From Amphiscolops sp. MND2022 (Eukaryota): a DNA stretch of 64,000 bases. The notes under the pieces are model-generated. The model was not told where the DNA came from, did not search any database, and saw only the letters and a program-made list of their open reading frames with translations. The stretch lies in contig OZ076409.1 in the NCBI GenBank assembly GCA_964187785.1, positions 79,796,001 to 79,860,000 on the forward strand, in the 5' to 3' direction. The translations under genes were made by a program, and so were the position numbers. Positions 1-11,079 of the stretch are shown here, piece by piece; positions within the stretch are counted from its first letter, which is position 1, and every line of letters starts with the position of its first letter.

Positions 1-2550
1 GAGCCCGAGAGATCTTGCGTCACCATGCTACTGAGCGACATTTGCCGAAGGACCAAAGGTGTCGTTACGAGCACCTTTCCACCGAAGACCCAGTGACTAA
101 GATGGTGAAGCACCATGTCCGTGGAAAGGATGGCAAACTTCTTACTCCGTACGAATTGCAATTGGAGTTGCCAAAGTTCAAGGACGTACCGCTAGTGGAC
201 ATCGGTGAAAAACTTCCATTCTATGAAGATTATATGCGAGGCACCGACTATATGACGTCTTCATCAGAAAACAGAGCGAGGGTCCAGGTGTCAATCCTTG
301 GCCATTATCTGCGTACCCATGGGGATATCAGCGCATTAAGGAACCTCTGGAGTGACGTTGGCGTCGTTGTCAACCACCAGGCTCTTTTTACAGACTTCGA
401 CTGGAGTAGAGAACGTTTGTCGGTAAGTATTTTGTTGCCGTCATAATGACCTTGAGTCCATTTCCGACTCTAAACCTAATACTATCTAACAGTTCGTCGT
501 TGTTTTGCAGGCGCTCTTCCATCATTTATTCCTGCAGGCTATACGTGACATCGGAACCCACGTGGTTGAGTCAGGCGAATATTCTTTGGAGTTTGTGAAA
601 CAAGGAGTTTTCTTATTGGTCTTCATACGATTCTGGCGTAAAGATGAACTGTGCCGCGTGCTTCTCAAGCGAACAGGTAGAGTGTTAGGACAGTCCGCAG
701 CTGAACTCCATCTAATTAGCGACCTCATGGCCGTGTTCTCGACCTCTCCAAACATCGTCAGTTGCTCTGGAAGTACCTTAGAGACAGTTCAAACTGTAGA
801 TAACTCCCCGTTCAACAAGCATGGACTACAACGCCCGCTTCGATTTGCTGACTTCTCAATTGCTAAGCTCATGCACAAGGAGAGCTACAGCGTCTTTGGA
901 CGCATAGACTTCCATTCCGTGCTGAAGTATTTAATTGTGTTCCTTGGTGGCTGCCTTGACCAAGATTGGACCTTGCTAACCCCAGTTCTTGCGAAAGTTG
1001 GTTGTTCTTAATTGTTTGCATCGTTTCATAATGTATTGCAGCTTAATGGTTTTGGTTCCTTTAGGCTGTTAGAACGTGCCAAATTGAACTGGGTACCTTA
1101 CCGACTCTCTGTCAGGAACTTCTCTCCCACTGGAGCAGTGTGTGTGGCTATCTTAACGCCCATGCCCCGCCTCATGAAATGATGGGAGTAAAAAGACAGG
1201 TAAGTTTTGCCGTCAGACTGACCCCAGGTCCGAATTGGATCCCTTTTGAGGAACCCTGGTATTTTAGCCTCAGAATCTGGAGAGGGCAATGCTTAGCGAC
1301 GAACTATTCCTCTGCCGCCTCGAGCTCTTTTACCGACTAGTCAGGGACTGTAAGTAAGATCCGTTTACCGGTTGGGTTATAAGGTTAAATCCCATGAGTG
1401 TATTAACATATTTTGTTTAGACACTACTAGTTTCGTGCCACACCTTGTTGAAAGACGGGACCACGGGTTCCACATCTATCGGCAATTGTGTCAGTTTCTC
1501 CTCAAGCTTGGAAGACGATGCATGCGGCCCAAGAATCTCCCACAGGAAAATGATTTGTCTGGAATCCTAAACATTTCCGTCTCTGATACCAGGGCCCTTA
1601 CAGTTACCGATTTTATCGTGAGGTCGAAGTTAGAGCAGAGATTGAATACTGCTTGCAAAATCAAAGCTGAGCGAGAGCTGAGTGACAAGAAGGGGAGTCG
1701 AGCCAACCTCCCTAAACTTGTGAAAGATGCAAAGGAAGACTTCGGGAGGCTCGGAAGGGCATACGTTGCTTACTTGTTTCACTCAGCACAGAGCAATCTC
1801 CAACTCACAAGTGACATTGTAAAAGGACTTGGGTCATTCGATTTAGACATCATGTTCAGATGTCCACTCGGTCAGGCTCTTTATTGTTATAAACAGTTAT
1901 TTCGAAGCTTCCAACTCCGTGGATATTTCCAGCCCGACGAGGAGTCCGTTTACACAGAGGAATATTTGTCCTTTTTAGATGAATTAAGGAAAGAGCTGCC
2001 CGAGTTGGACCAACCTAGAGTCATCATAACTGACGCCGTTATCTACATTTCCACACATGAGGCCTTGCAAAGTCGTCCTCATCTTGCCCGAATCTTTAGG
2101 CTGAGCTGCTTGTGTCTAGACGAGGATTACACCAGTATGCCCACTGTGAAATTTGGGTCCGTCCGCACTGATGATCCAAAGAGTAAATTGATTGACACCA
2201 TTCTCCCCGTGCAATCTTTCTTTATGAATGTGGGACGCAGTATTGATATCTTGTCAACTGCTTCGTCTATTACTGAATTCTTGGCTTTTGAACCTACTTT
2301 CGGTGGCTCTGCCTTTTCTGACACGTATGGGCCGTGGGACGGCTTGGATTATTTCAATAGATCCAGCATTCTTTCTGTACTTAAGCCCAAACGAGGTACC
2401 CAGAAATCTGACACTCGCAGGTTACAATTCAAAGACACGAAGAGTCGCAACGTCACCAAGAGTCTCCCTTCGTCTAGTGTTAAAAATTCGCCTATTAAGC
2501 GACCATCGGACAGTGAGTTGCCTTCTGTGTCGGGCACTAAAAACGTTTAA
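1..2550 (+). pseudogene. Spliced antisense gene, hAT-transposase-like with no recognisable DDE residues; exons <1-422, 511-996, 1042-1353, 1421-2550
   Basis: Phase-compatible introns: 423-510 (GTAAGT..TTGCAG), 997-1041 (GTTGGT..TTGCAG), 1354-1420 (GTAAGA..TTTAG). hAT-like motifs ILRHHATERH, YSLEF..LLVFIRFW and RPHLARIFRLSCLCL. This copy has a frameshift in a TG run (~1140) and a TAG at 1338. Confidence 0.65.
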
Positions 2551-2747
2551 TTGTACCATATGTACATTTGTTTTTATCTGTATTTATGTATTCTTTCGTT
2601 TGTCTATCAGTCTTGAGTCTTTATTTGTCTGTTTGAATAATCGTGTCATTTTGACACTCGTTTGGAATTTCCTGTAGTCCAATAAGTCAGTCGGGGCCCA
2701 TAAAAAATGGTTTGAAAAATCAGAAAAAATGCAACGGGCCAGAAAAT

Positions 2748-4653
2748 TTACATATTCTGACTAGTATCTGTATTCATCAGTGAAGTTGGGGTAGGATTGG
2801 GACGTAGGTTATATCTCCCTCCCCTAGGACTTTCATTTTCTACAACACAATCATCAGTTTCTTCAATTAATACATCGGGCACGGTTGTATCGTTCCCCCC
2901 GGAAGTTGAAATTTCTGAATTTTCATCTCTAGGAAAATCCTGATTGGTCAATTCATCGTTTTCAGATTCGGTACTTTGTTGCCGTCTAGCGGACTGACGG
3001 TCCTCATTGTGTGCGTTTCTTGAGTATTGCTCCGTATTATCAGCCTCAGTATTTGTTTGCCGTCGTGCGGACCGAAGGTCCGTTTCGTTTATTTCGTTTG
3101 AGCGTGAGTCACTATCAGTATCATCAACGTGAGCGGCGTCAGTATTTGTTTGCCGTCGCGTGGACCGTAGGTCCAAATCTGTGATTATAGCATCTTGTTC
3201 ATCGGAATTGGTAGGGAGTTCATTAGTAACAGTCCGATTTTCAGAATTAGGAGGGAAATCGTCAAAATTGGTTTCCCATGAAATGATGTACAGATCATCT
3301 TGTGGAATAATAATTTCATCGTCTGCTTGTAAATTTCCTTCAGGACGAATGTCTTGTGGGGTAGTATTTGGGGTGTATTTTCTAAGGCGAATTCGGTGTA
3401 AAATCTGCGTTTTGTTAGAACTAAGTTTGCGAACAATATAGTTATCGTTAGGTAAAACTTTCTCGATGACGTACGGGCCTATCCATCGAAATTCGCGAAA
3501 TGGGATTTTAGAGCCTTGATGGTCAGCTAGAGGTTGTAAAATGAAACAAAAGTCTCCTTGTAGTAAAGGGGCTGCTTTAGCCTTTCGGTCATAATATTCC
3601 TTGTACTCTAAATATGATTGCATGATGTTTTTCTTTGTTTGATCAATTAGTATTTGCGTACGTCTTTGGAATTCCTCAGCAAAATCAGTAGTTGGAGTGA
3701 TGTGCGGGTTAGGGTTTAGTCCTAACCGGTGGTCTATACTAGATATTATAGGGTACTCTTCCATGAAAAATTCGGGTGGGTTCGCATCCAAGACTTGAAT
3801 GATAGGTTGTGTTATAATTAAGGACGGCCAATGGGAGATATTTGTGCCATTGACGCCTGTATTCGCCTGATGCCATTTTAAGGTTGCCCTTAAGGCTGGC
3901 ATGAGTGCGTTCTAGTTTGCCTATCGTCTGAGGATGCTTTGTGGTCGCGCACCGAAGGTGAATTCCTAAAATTTTGGTAATTTCATCTAGGAGTTTGGAC
4001 GTAAAGGCAGTGCCTTTGTCGGTGATGAGCGTAGTCGGCAAATAGGAATGCTTTGTCATGATATCGATAATGACCTTTGCCGTATTGACGGCCGAAGCGT
4101 CCGTTACTGGGTAGGCAAAGAGATATCTAGAGAACACATCCAGAGCCGTTATGACGTTTTCATAGCCTCCACTTGGGGGTAAGTTGGGCAGAATATCAAT
4201 TTGTAGGGCGTCTTCTGGACCAAGATCCCATTCGGGCAAATTGAGTAATTCGGGTGTTATGGATGCATTGCTGACTCTTTTGTCTTTTATACAAATTTCA
4301 CACCCTTGGACCCACTTTTTGACGATTTTTGCAATTCCAGGGTAGTAGTATTTTCGTCGAATTTCATGCAGCATTTTTGAGATTCCCGGATGTTTGTTCG
4401 CGGAACCATGTAGTGATTGGAGTAATTCTGTGACTAGATGTTTCGGTAATAATGCTTGGCGAAATTGGACACTGCCTGTTTCATCGTAGTAGTCTCTGAA
4501 AATGATGTCATCATGTACGGACAGACGGTCAATTTGACGGCAGTAATGTCGGTAACGCAAATCTTGCTGTAAGATGGTTTCAGAGTATTCGTCTTTTTGC
4601 AGTTTGAGTCGTAATTGATGCAAGATAAGGTCGTTCTGTTGTTCTATAGCCAT
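2748..4653 (-). pseudogene. gypsy integrase (HHCC zinc finger, DDE core, GPY/F motif, acidic C-terminal extension), frameshifted
   Basis: HGSANKHPG..CEIC, QIDIL, ITDKGTAF, GKLER and WIGPY motifs; split across ORFs 3739-4653 and 2748-3902. Confidence 0.93.
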
Positions 4654-4892
4654 GGTGGTTGGTTTTGCCAGTTTTGTATATTTTGAGTTTGGAATTGTGT
4701 ATTATCATGAGTGCTAAGATGATCTAACAAAATATCAGGAGGTTGATTCATTGGGTTTGACCTGGCGTCTTGTTTGCGTTTCCAGATTTGTTCTTCTGTT
4801 TCTCCATCATCGTCCGTATAGAAGATCTGTTCCTCTTCAGTAACTCCCGCTGATTGGACGTTGAGTTCAATGGGTGTGGTGGAAATATCTTC

Positions 4893-7800
4893 TCATATCC
4901 GGAGTATGAGTTTTTCTTTGGGACAGATTTCTAGACGTGACAAGTAGTCAGCGGCAGTATTGTTTTTGCCAGGTATATGGGCTATTGTGAAACTGAATTG
5001 CATAACGTAGTCACACGCGTTCCACAATGTAGGTGGAATGATTTTTGTTTGAAAAAAGCGAGTGACTGACTTGTTGTCTGTTAGTATTATCACCGGTTTC
5101 GGGGTCCCCCAGAAGATATGGCCAAACTCTTTGAATGCAAAGAATATTGCTAGGAATTCTTTCGCATAAATGGACATCTTCAGTTGGGCTGGACTAAAGG
5201 TCTTGGATCCATATGCTACAGGTGCGAAGGCTTTTCGCGTCGAAGTATATTTTTCCATCGGATCGTCCTCGATGAGAACTGCATAACCTGCTGCCGAAAA
5301 ACTAGCGTCTGTCATCAGGGCTATCTGTTTATCGGGTAGAGGTTGTTTGAGTGCCAGTTCACAACATCGGTCAAGAGCTTTGTTGATCTCGGTGAATTTT
5401 TCTAACAGATCGGGTGTCACCATGACTTTGGCATCACTTTTCAATAACTTGAAAAACGGTGTGAGTTTTTCTGAGAGTCTTGGAATGTAGTTACGGTAGT
5501 AGTTCAAGAATCCCAAGTATCTTTGAAGGGCTTTCTTGGATTTAGGGAATTTGGTCTTTTCCAAGAAATTCTGGACCCTGGGTCGTTGTGGCCGCACCCC
5601 TTCAGGAGTGATGGTACGTCCCAGGAAGTCGATTTCCTTGGCTCCGAAATGGCACTTGTGCATCGTTAGTTTGAGGCCAGCGGTCCTGATGCACTGGAAC
5701 GTTGCTCGAAGGTTGTTGATGAGCTGAGTAGCGTCGTTTGCAGCTATCCCAATATCATCTACGTACTGAGCGCATTGGTCAGCTTTTATCACTTTATCCA
5801 GGTATTCGCGCATAAAGCTCGAGAATGCGGACAGCGCTCTGCTTAGACCTTGGGCAAGTCGGCGATAGGCAAAGGTTCTGCTGGCAAAATTGAACGCCAG
5901 CATCTCGATTGACCTCTGGTCAGCCATCTGAAGGCAGTGGTATGCTTGAGAACAATCAAGTTTGCAAAATAATCGTTTGCCTGCCATGTGTTGCGCAGCA
6001 TCCGTTAGTGTGCTGACAGGATGGTTGTTGTTGATATAATCGTCGGAAATCAGGTTGTTGATCTTTCGGAGGTCGACCAGGAGTCGAAGTTTGCCGTTAG
6101 GTTTTTTCTGGGCAAAAATGGGACTTGCATATTTGGAAAATGGGAGAGTTGTTATAATCCCATATCGATGTAGTAGGGCTAGTTCTACAAGGATATCTTC
6201 TTTGAGGTTGATAGGAGTAGGTAAGCTTTGACTATAGGCAGGAGAGTCGTCTTTAGGGGTCAAAGTGACCTTGAAGTCCTCGTTCATACCTATATCAAAG
6301 CGGTGTCGTGCAAAAATATCGTGAAATTCAACAAGTAATTCTTCAATTTGGGCAATTTCGGCTGGATTTAGCGTCGAGTCTGTCCAGTCGAAGTTAGCAA
6401 AAAATTGTTTCCGCGATTCAGGGTCATCCTGAGGGTTGAGTTTCTCTAAATCTTGGAGATTTCGTAGTTCCCTAAGGATTCTTTGTTGTATTGGTGTGTG
6501 AGTTTGGGGATCTCCTGGTTCTTCTGGAGTAGGGAACCAATAGTTCTCACTATCATCGCTAGTTTTCGAGGATTTGATCAGGCTACTGGCATAATAGGCA
6601 GCATTTTCCGGGTTATCCTTCAAAAGGTGCCAAGTGGTCACAGGATCAATGGGTTTGACGTATTTCATCTGCTCTGGTGTGAGGATAGAGAAATTGGCAA
6701 TGTGCGAACCTCTTTTGAGGGTGTACGGGTGGTCAGTGAAGTTGTTGACATGGATTGATGCCTGACCTTGGGTCAGTGTGACTAGAGCGGCGCAGAAGGT
6801 TATATCACCATCTTCTGCAAGGTCGTTGCTCGGTTGAAGAATTCCAGTGACGTTTGTGTCGTCATATAGTTGTGAGAACATGGAAACCATATGTCTGTCG
6901 TTGGAGGGAATAGTTATATCCTCCCGTGCACAGATAGGTTCCATGACGTTAGTGTACTTGTGGTCAGCGGTTTTCAATTGCATGGAGAAGAAAGGGAAGT
7001 TTAAAACTCCTTGACGCATGTCCAGTATGGTATTGTTCCGTTGCAGGAACGAGAGACCAATTAACGGACTTGTGAGTTTTTCCATAACAATGAAGATCTC
7101 GTGGAAATCGATGTCTCCGACCTCGAATTTGAGTTCAACGGTGCTCTTTGGAGTCTCCAGCTGTCCATTGGCTACCATAATCTGGAAGTTGGGTGCTGGG
7201 CCCTCTTTAATTATTGACTGAGGGGCTAATAATCGGATTTTACGTAGATCAGCTTCTGGGATAGCGCTAGATAGGGCTCCCGTGTCTACAAGGCCATCTA
7301 AAGTTAGTTCGCCAAAATCCATGGGGAAGTAGAGCATCCGTCGTTTGTATTTGAGTCCCAAATTGGTCGTCAACGGGACGTAGTCAGGTTCACCGTTTCG
7401 TGAGATCAGCGTATTCACAAAGCGCTCTTCCACTGTTGCCGTCAATGTGACCAAAGGTCCATTGTGTGGAAGTTGTTCGGGTATGGCCTCCTGGATTGGT
7501 GAATTGGTGTTAATCCACACTTTTTGCCAGGGGTCAACAGAGGCCGTGGATAGTTTTGTGTTCAGAAGCTGATCAATGTGAGGTTGATCATGTTCGATAT
7601 CGGCAATGTTTTTGGTAAAGTTTTTGTAGAAGTGTAGCTGATGTTGGTTGTAGATTTGAATGTCCCAATAGGGGTCGAATCCGAAGTCCGGGTCAGGATA
7701 ATATGGGTTATAGTTATCGATTAGGGGAAGGGGGCGAACGGTCGTAGTATTAGAGTGCTGTCTGTCGGACTGAAGGTCCGGGTTGTGTCAGTAAGTAGGC

Positions 7801-7946
7801 AAGTGCTTCACCTGCTGCTGCCAGTCAGCTGATGAAGTTTCTTTAATTGAAGAGTAATATTCTGTATAATATATAGTAGGAGGATCAGATATTATATATT
7901 GTCTGATGCGTAATTTTTCATTAATATGGAGTCGTGGCAAATCTAG
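4893..7946 (-). pseudogene. pol: gypsy pol: aspartic protease, dUTPase-like spacer, reverse transcriptase, RNase H
   Basis: LVDTGA, LRLLVDLRKIN, LAQGL, YVDD, MTDAS, LTDNK and ADYLSR motifs. The frame extends up to the gag slippery site, with in-frame TGA stops at ~7790 and 4893-4895. Confidence 0.95.
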
Positions 7947-9745
7947 TTTTTTGAGTTTTTAAGGATAGAAGTAGTAGTTTTGTTGGTAGAGTCATCGTTT
8001 CTATTGGTCATTTCCTCAGTGTTGGAGTTGTCGAGCTTGAGGTTTTTGGGCTCGAGGTGTGCTCCAGCGCCTTTCCAACATCTCTCCGCCGGGTGATTGG
8101 TTTTGTCACAAGTCGGGCACTTTGGGTACTCTTTTTTGGTACTCGAGCTTTCATTGCGTTTTTGCTCTTCCTTTCGTTTTAGTTTTCGGCAATCGTCTTT
8201 GACATGTCCAGGTTTTTTGCAGTAGTTGCAAGTTATTCCTGGGTCAATGCCTGATGAAAGGAGTCCTTGTCCCGGACGTGTGGCTGTCGGGGCTGTTGAC
8301 ATTGTGGGAACGGGAATGTCGTCGCCTTCCTCAAGTCCATTCAGCTCCAGTTCTCGTTCGAGATGAGTGACAATTTCTTCGTAGGTGGCATTCTCTAATC
8401 GCGCCATGTTGACTGAACGTTTGAGTTTCGGTGGGAGTTTTGCGTATAGCAGACTGTCAATCATGGCTTGTGCGTGCTCGCCAAAGGCTTTTTCGGCGCC
8501 CTGATTGAGTTCCTCGAGAAAATCGGGCAATTTCATTGTGTTTGGGTCAAATACCAATTTGTGCCATTTATGTTTGGCAGTTGCCTGAGATTCAGGTTTG
8601 ACATATTTCCTACGAAACACAGCTAGTACGTCTTCTAAGGTTTGTCTATTTGCCGAACTGATGTTGCGGAAGGTTTGCAAGGCATTTTTGCGCAACAGTG
8701 AATGAAAGTGATTAATTTTCATTGCTTCCGTCATATCGGGTTGCATCTTTATCACCGTGTGAAAAAGGTCTTCAAACAGTTCGAATTTTTCAGATTTGCC
8801 GTCAAATGTGAGTGTGGCAGTATTGACTGGTCGTACCATCAGTGTTTGTGCTGATGATTTGTTGTTCATTCCCATAATGACATCGGCAAGTCTGTTTATG
8901 GGGTCTAATGGTGTTTGGGGCTGCATTTCCCGGTCATTGATAGGATTTGAGGGAATCTGTGTCGGGAGAGTGGTATCTAATGTAACATCGTTGACGCATT
9001 GTTGATGGGGAATTTTGTTTCTGGACTGCGTGGGACGTCCGGTCAGAAATTCAGGGACTGCATGTGGAGTAAGGTTGGCTCCTGTCACCATGTCATAACC
9101 ATCATCATTTTCACTTTGTTCAGAATCTTCCAAACATTCCATTTGATGATTTGAAAGGTTACTTGCTGTTGTGTTTAGTCTAGGAAAATTCTCTCTTGAG
9201 TCCTGGACCTGTTGGCTGAATTTATTTTTATGCCGTCCATATGACCCAAGGTCCACAGTCTGGTCCATAGGGACGTTTCTACTCGGATGCCGTCCATCTG
9301 ACCGAAGGTCCAATTTCGCGTTCTTAGTCTCCCTATGATTTACTATGACATTTTCGATGCTCGGTAGTATTTTTTCATCGATAGCGGAGTTTATTACCTC
9401 CATAATATGGGAATTTAGATCAGATTTCATTTCTTCCAATTTCCTCGACATCTGTGAAGAAATTTCTGAACTAATTGCTCTACTAGTTTCTACTGTAATT
9501 TCACTATTCTCACTCAAATTTGTATTCAAAAGAGATCTATAATTGCTTTCTTCTTGCCTGAAACCTTGTTGCCGTCTACTTGACTCAGGGTCAATTTCTA
9601 TTTGATCTACCGTGTTTTGGTCTCTAATTTCGCTGTTTGAGTAATTTCCAAGCATCACATCAAAATTTTCAATATCTGACATTACGTCAGACTGTCTAGA
9701 ACGTTTCTCTCTTGCTTTCTGCTTTCTAGTTGAAGGCATTTTCAA
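7943..9745 (-). CDS. gag: gypsy Gag with two CCHC zinc knuckles
   Basis: 600-aa ORF with CNYCKKPGHVKDDC and CPTCDKTNHPAERC, and a capsid-like FDGKSEKFELFEDLF region. Confidence 0.92.
   Translation of the reverse strand: MKMPSTRKQKAREKRSRQSDVMSDIENFDVMLGNYSNSEIRDQNTVDQIEIDPESSRRQQGFRQEESNYRSLLNTNLSENSEITVETSRAISSEISSQMSRKLEEMKSDLNSHIMEVINSAIDEKILPSIENVIVNHRETKNAKLDLRSDGRHPSRNVPMDQTVDLGSYGRHKNKFSQQVQDSRENFPRLNTTASNLSNHQMECLEDSEQSENDDGYDMVTGANLTPHAVPEFLTGRPTQSRNKIPHQQCVNDVTLDTTLPTQIPSNPINDREMQPQTPLDPINRLADVIMGMNNKSSAQTLMVRPVNTATLTFDGKSEKFELFEDLFHTVIKMQPDMTEAMKINHFHSLLRKNALQTFRNISSANRQTLEDVLAVFRRKYVKPESQATAKHKWHKLVFDPNTMKLPDFLEELNQGAEKAFGEHAQAMIDSLLYAKLPPKLKRSVNMARLENATYEEIVTHLERELELNGLEEGDDIPVPTMSTAPTATRPGQGLLSSGIDPGITCNYCKKPGHVKDDCRKLKRKEEQKRNESSSTKKEYPKCPTCDKTNHPAERCWKGAGAHLEPKNLKLDNSNTEEMTNRNDDSTNKTTTSILKNSKN
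7946..7952 (-). promoter_or_regulatory. -1 ribosomal frameshift slippery heptamer A AAA AAC at gag/pol junction
   Basis: Minus strand TCA AAA AAC TAG in the gag frame; the -1 frame is the pol frame. Confidence 0.75.
9079..9090 (-). promoter_or_regulatory. Primer binding site TGGTGACAGGAG (tRNA-Leu-like), inside gag ORF
   Basis: Directly follows ...TTATGACA (LTR-type end) and resembles the Leu PBS TGGTGTCAGGAG; encodes MVTG in Gag. Confidence 0.65.
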
Positions 9746-10627
9746 GAAATGGATTTGATTCCAACAGTGAATTAATCAACAGTAACAAATCAAACAGTTT
9801 TGTATCGTAGCGTTTTCAATCAATGAATGAATGATCCCTCTTATTACAAATTCCGCGTATATATAGTTTATACTGCATGACACGCAATATTTTGCGTGTC
9901 AGGAACTAAATTTAGGGTGATATCATTCTAAATATAGCCCCGATTTCATTATTAGGTCACTAGTTCTAAAAATAGACTGAGGGTTTTGACATTACGTCAC
10001 ACAAATGAAGAGATATAAATAGCATCAAACAAACAGTGGGTATCTTTACATGTATTCAAATTCAGGTTAAAATCAACCTTTCATGCATTGGTAACATCAA
10101 TACTCAATGAAATTCTAAATTTGACCATGCGTCAGCATGACTGCAATGATAGACTGGTACTTCACTCTGATTGGTCAACAAGTACTTGTGACCACACGTC
10201 AATTTGACTGCAGTAGAGTACTAGTTAATTAACTAAGAAAAGTGTCTTAAGGTACTCTTTAAACACCGTTTAACAGCACTTGAGTTACTTTGCTAAGTAT
10301 TGCGTCGTTAACTAAGTGATGTACTTTAGGTTCAGATTAATTGCAAGTAATTTCATCAATGGGAAATTCTAAATAGTAACAAATCAATAATAGCAATTGA
10401 ATAAATGCACAGATTAAATGCTGTCAGTTTGACCTTTGGTCTAAATAGTAACATCGAAATTGCATGTTTAGCGTTAATAATTCGGTCATTACATGCATGA
10501 AACAAATATTAAACTATCAGAATAAATGCTAAAGTTCGTTTCAGAGTTTGTTCTAGATAGGTAGTACCCCGGGGGCTGGTGGCGTCTCATTACCTTCTGG
10601 CATCATTTGGTATAGGATGCCGTCACA
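9091..10627 (-). repeat. Putative 5' LTR (~1.5 kb) of the gypsy element
   Basis: Minus strand TGTGAC...TGACA adjacent to the PBS. The outer boundary cannot be confirmed without the 3' LTR. Confidence 0.55.
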
Positions 10628-11079
10628 AGCGGCAGCTTGCGACAGTGTAACTTTGAGGCCTTTTTCGAAAAATATCAGAATACTCTTGGTAAGGCATAGA
10701 TACGGGATAGATAGCTGGTTCTTTTTGTGAAATTTTTTGGTTAATATAATTGTTCGAAACGTTCAAAAATGTACAAGAGTTGCCCAAAAATGTAAAAGAA
10801 GAGAAAATTTTGAAGTTTCCATGTTTTTTGTTGTCATTTTGAGACACTTTTCAACAAATGTTTCAAAGATTTCTTCCGAAAGGAGATTGAACGCTTCTTC
10901 GTTTTGGAACAACTTTTGGGGTGGTCTAAGTCACCAAAGTTTGTAAAACTACAAACAATGCTTAAGAGATCTAAAATGAAACATTTTGAAAATCTCAAGA
11001 GTTTTGAGGTTAATTTGAGGCACTCTTTCATCGCAAATATTCAGATGTCTCTGGAAAAAAAGCATGGGTAGCTGTTGTT

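Larger units (their letters stand above)
1..10627 (-). mobile_element. Large Ty3/gypsy LTR retrotransposon (defective copy; 3' LTR outside window) with apparent antisense cargo gene
   Basis: gag-PR-RT-RNaseH-INT order on the minus strand, putative 5' LTR and PBS. No LTR or PPT is seen between the integrase end (~2750) and the convergent + strand gene ending at 2550. Confidence 0.85.

Noticed and set aside
1200..1205. GTAAGT at 1200 as a splice donor of the antisense gene
   Set aside because: It is phase 0 and does not match the phase-1 acceptor at 1420, and the frame continues with protein-like sequence. It is not fully excluded.
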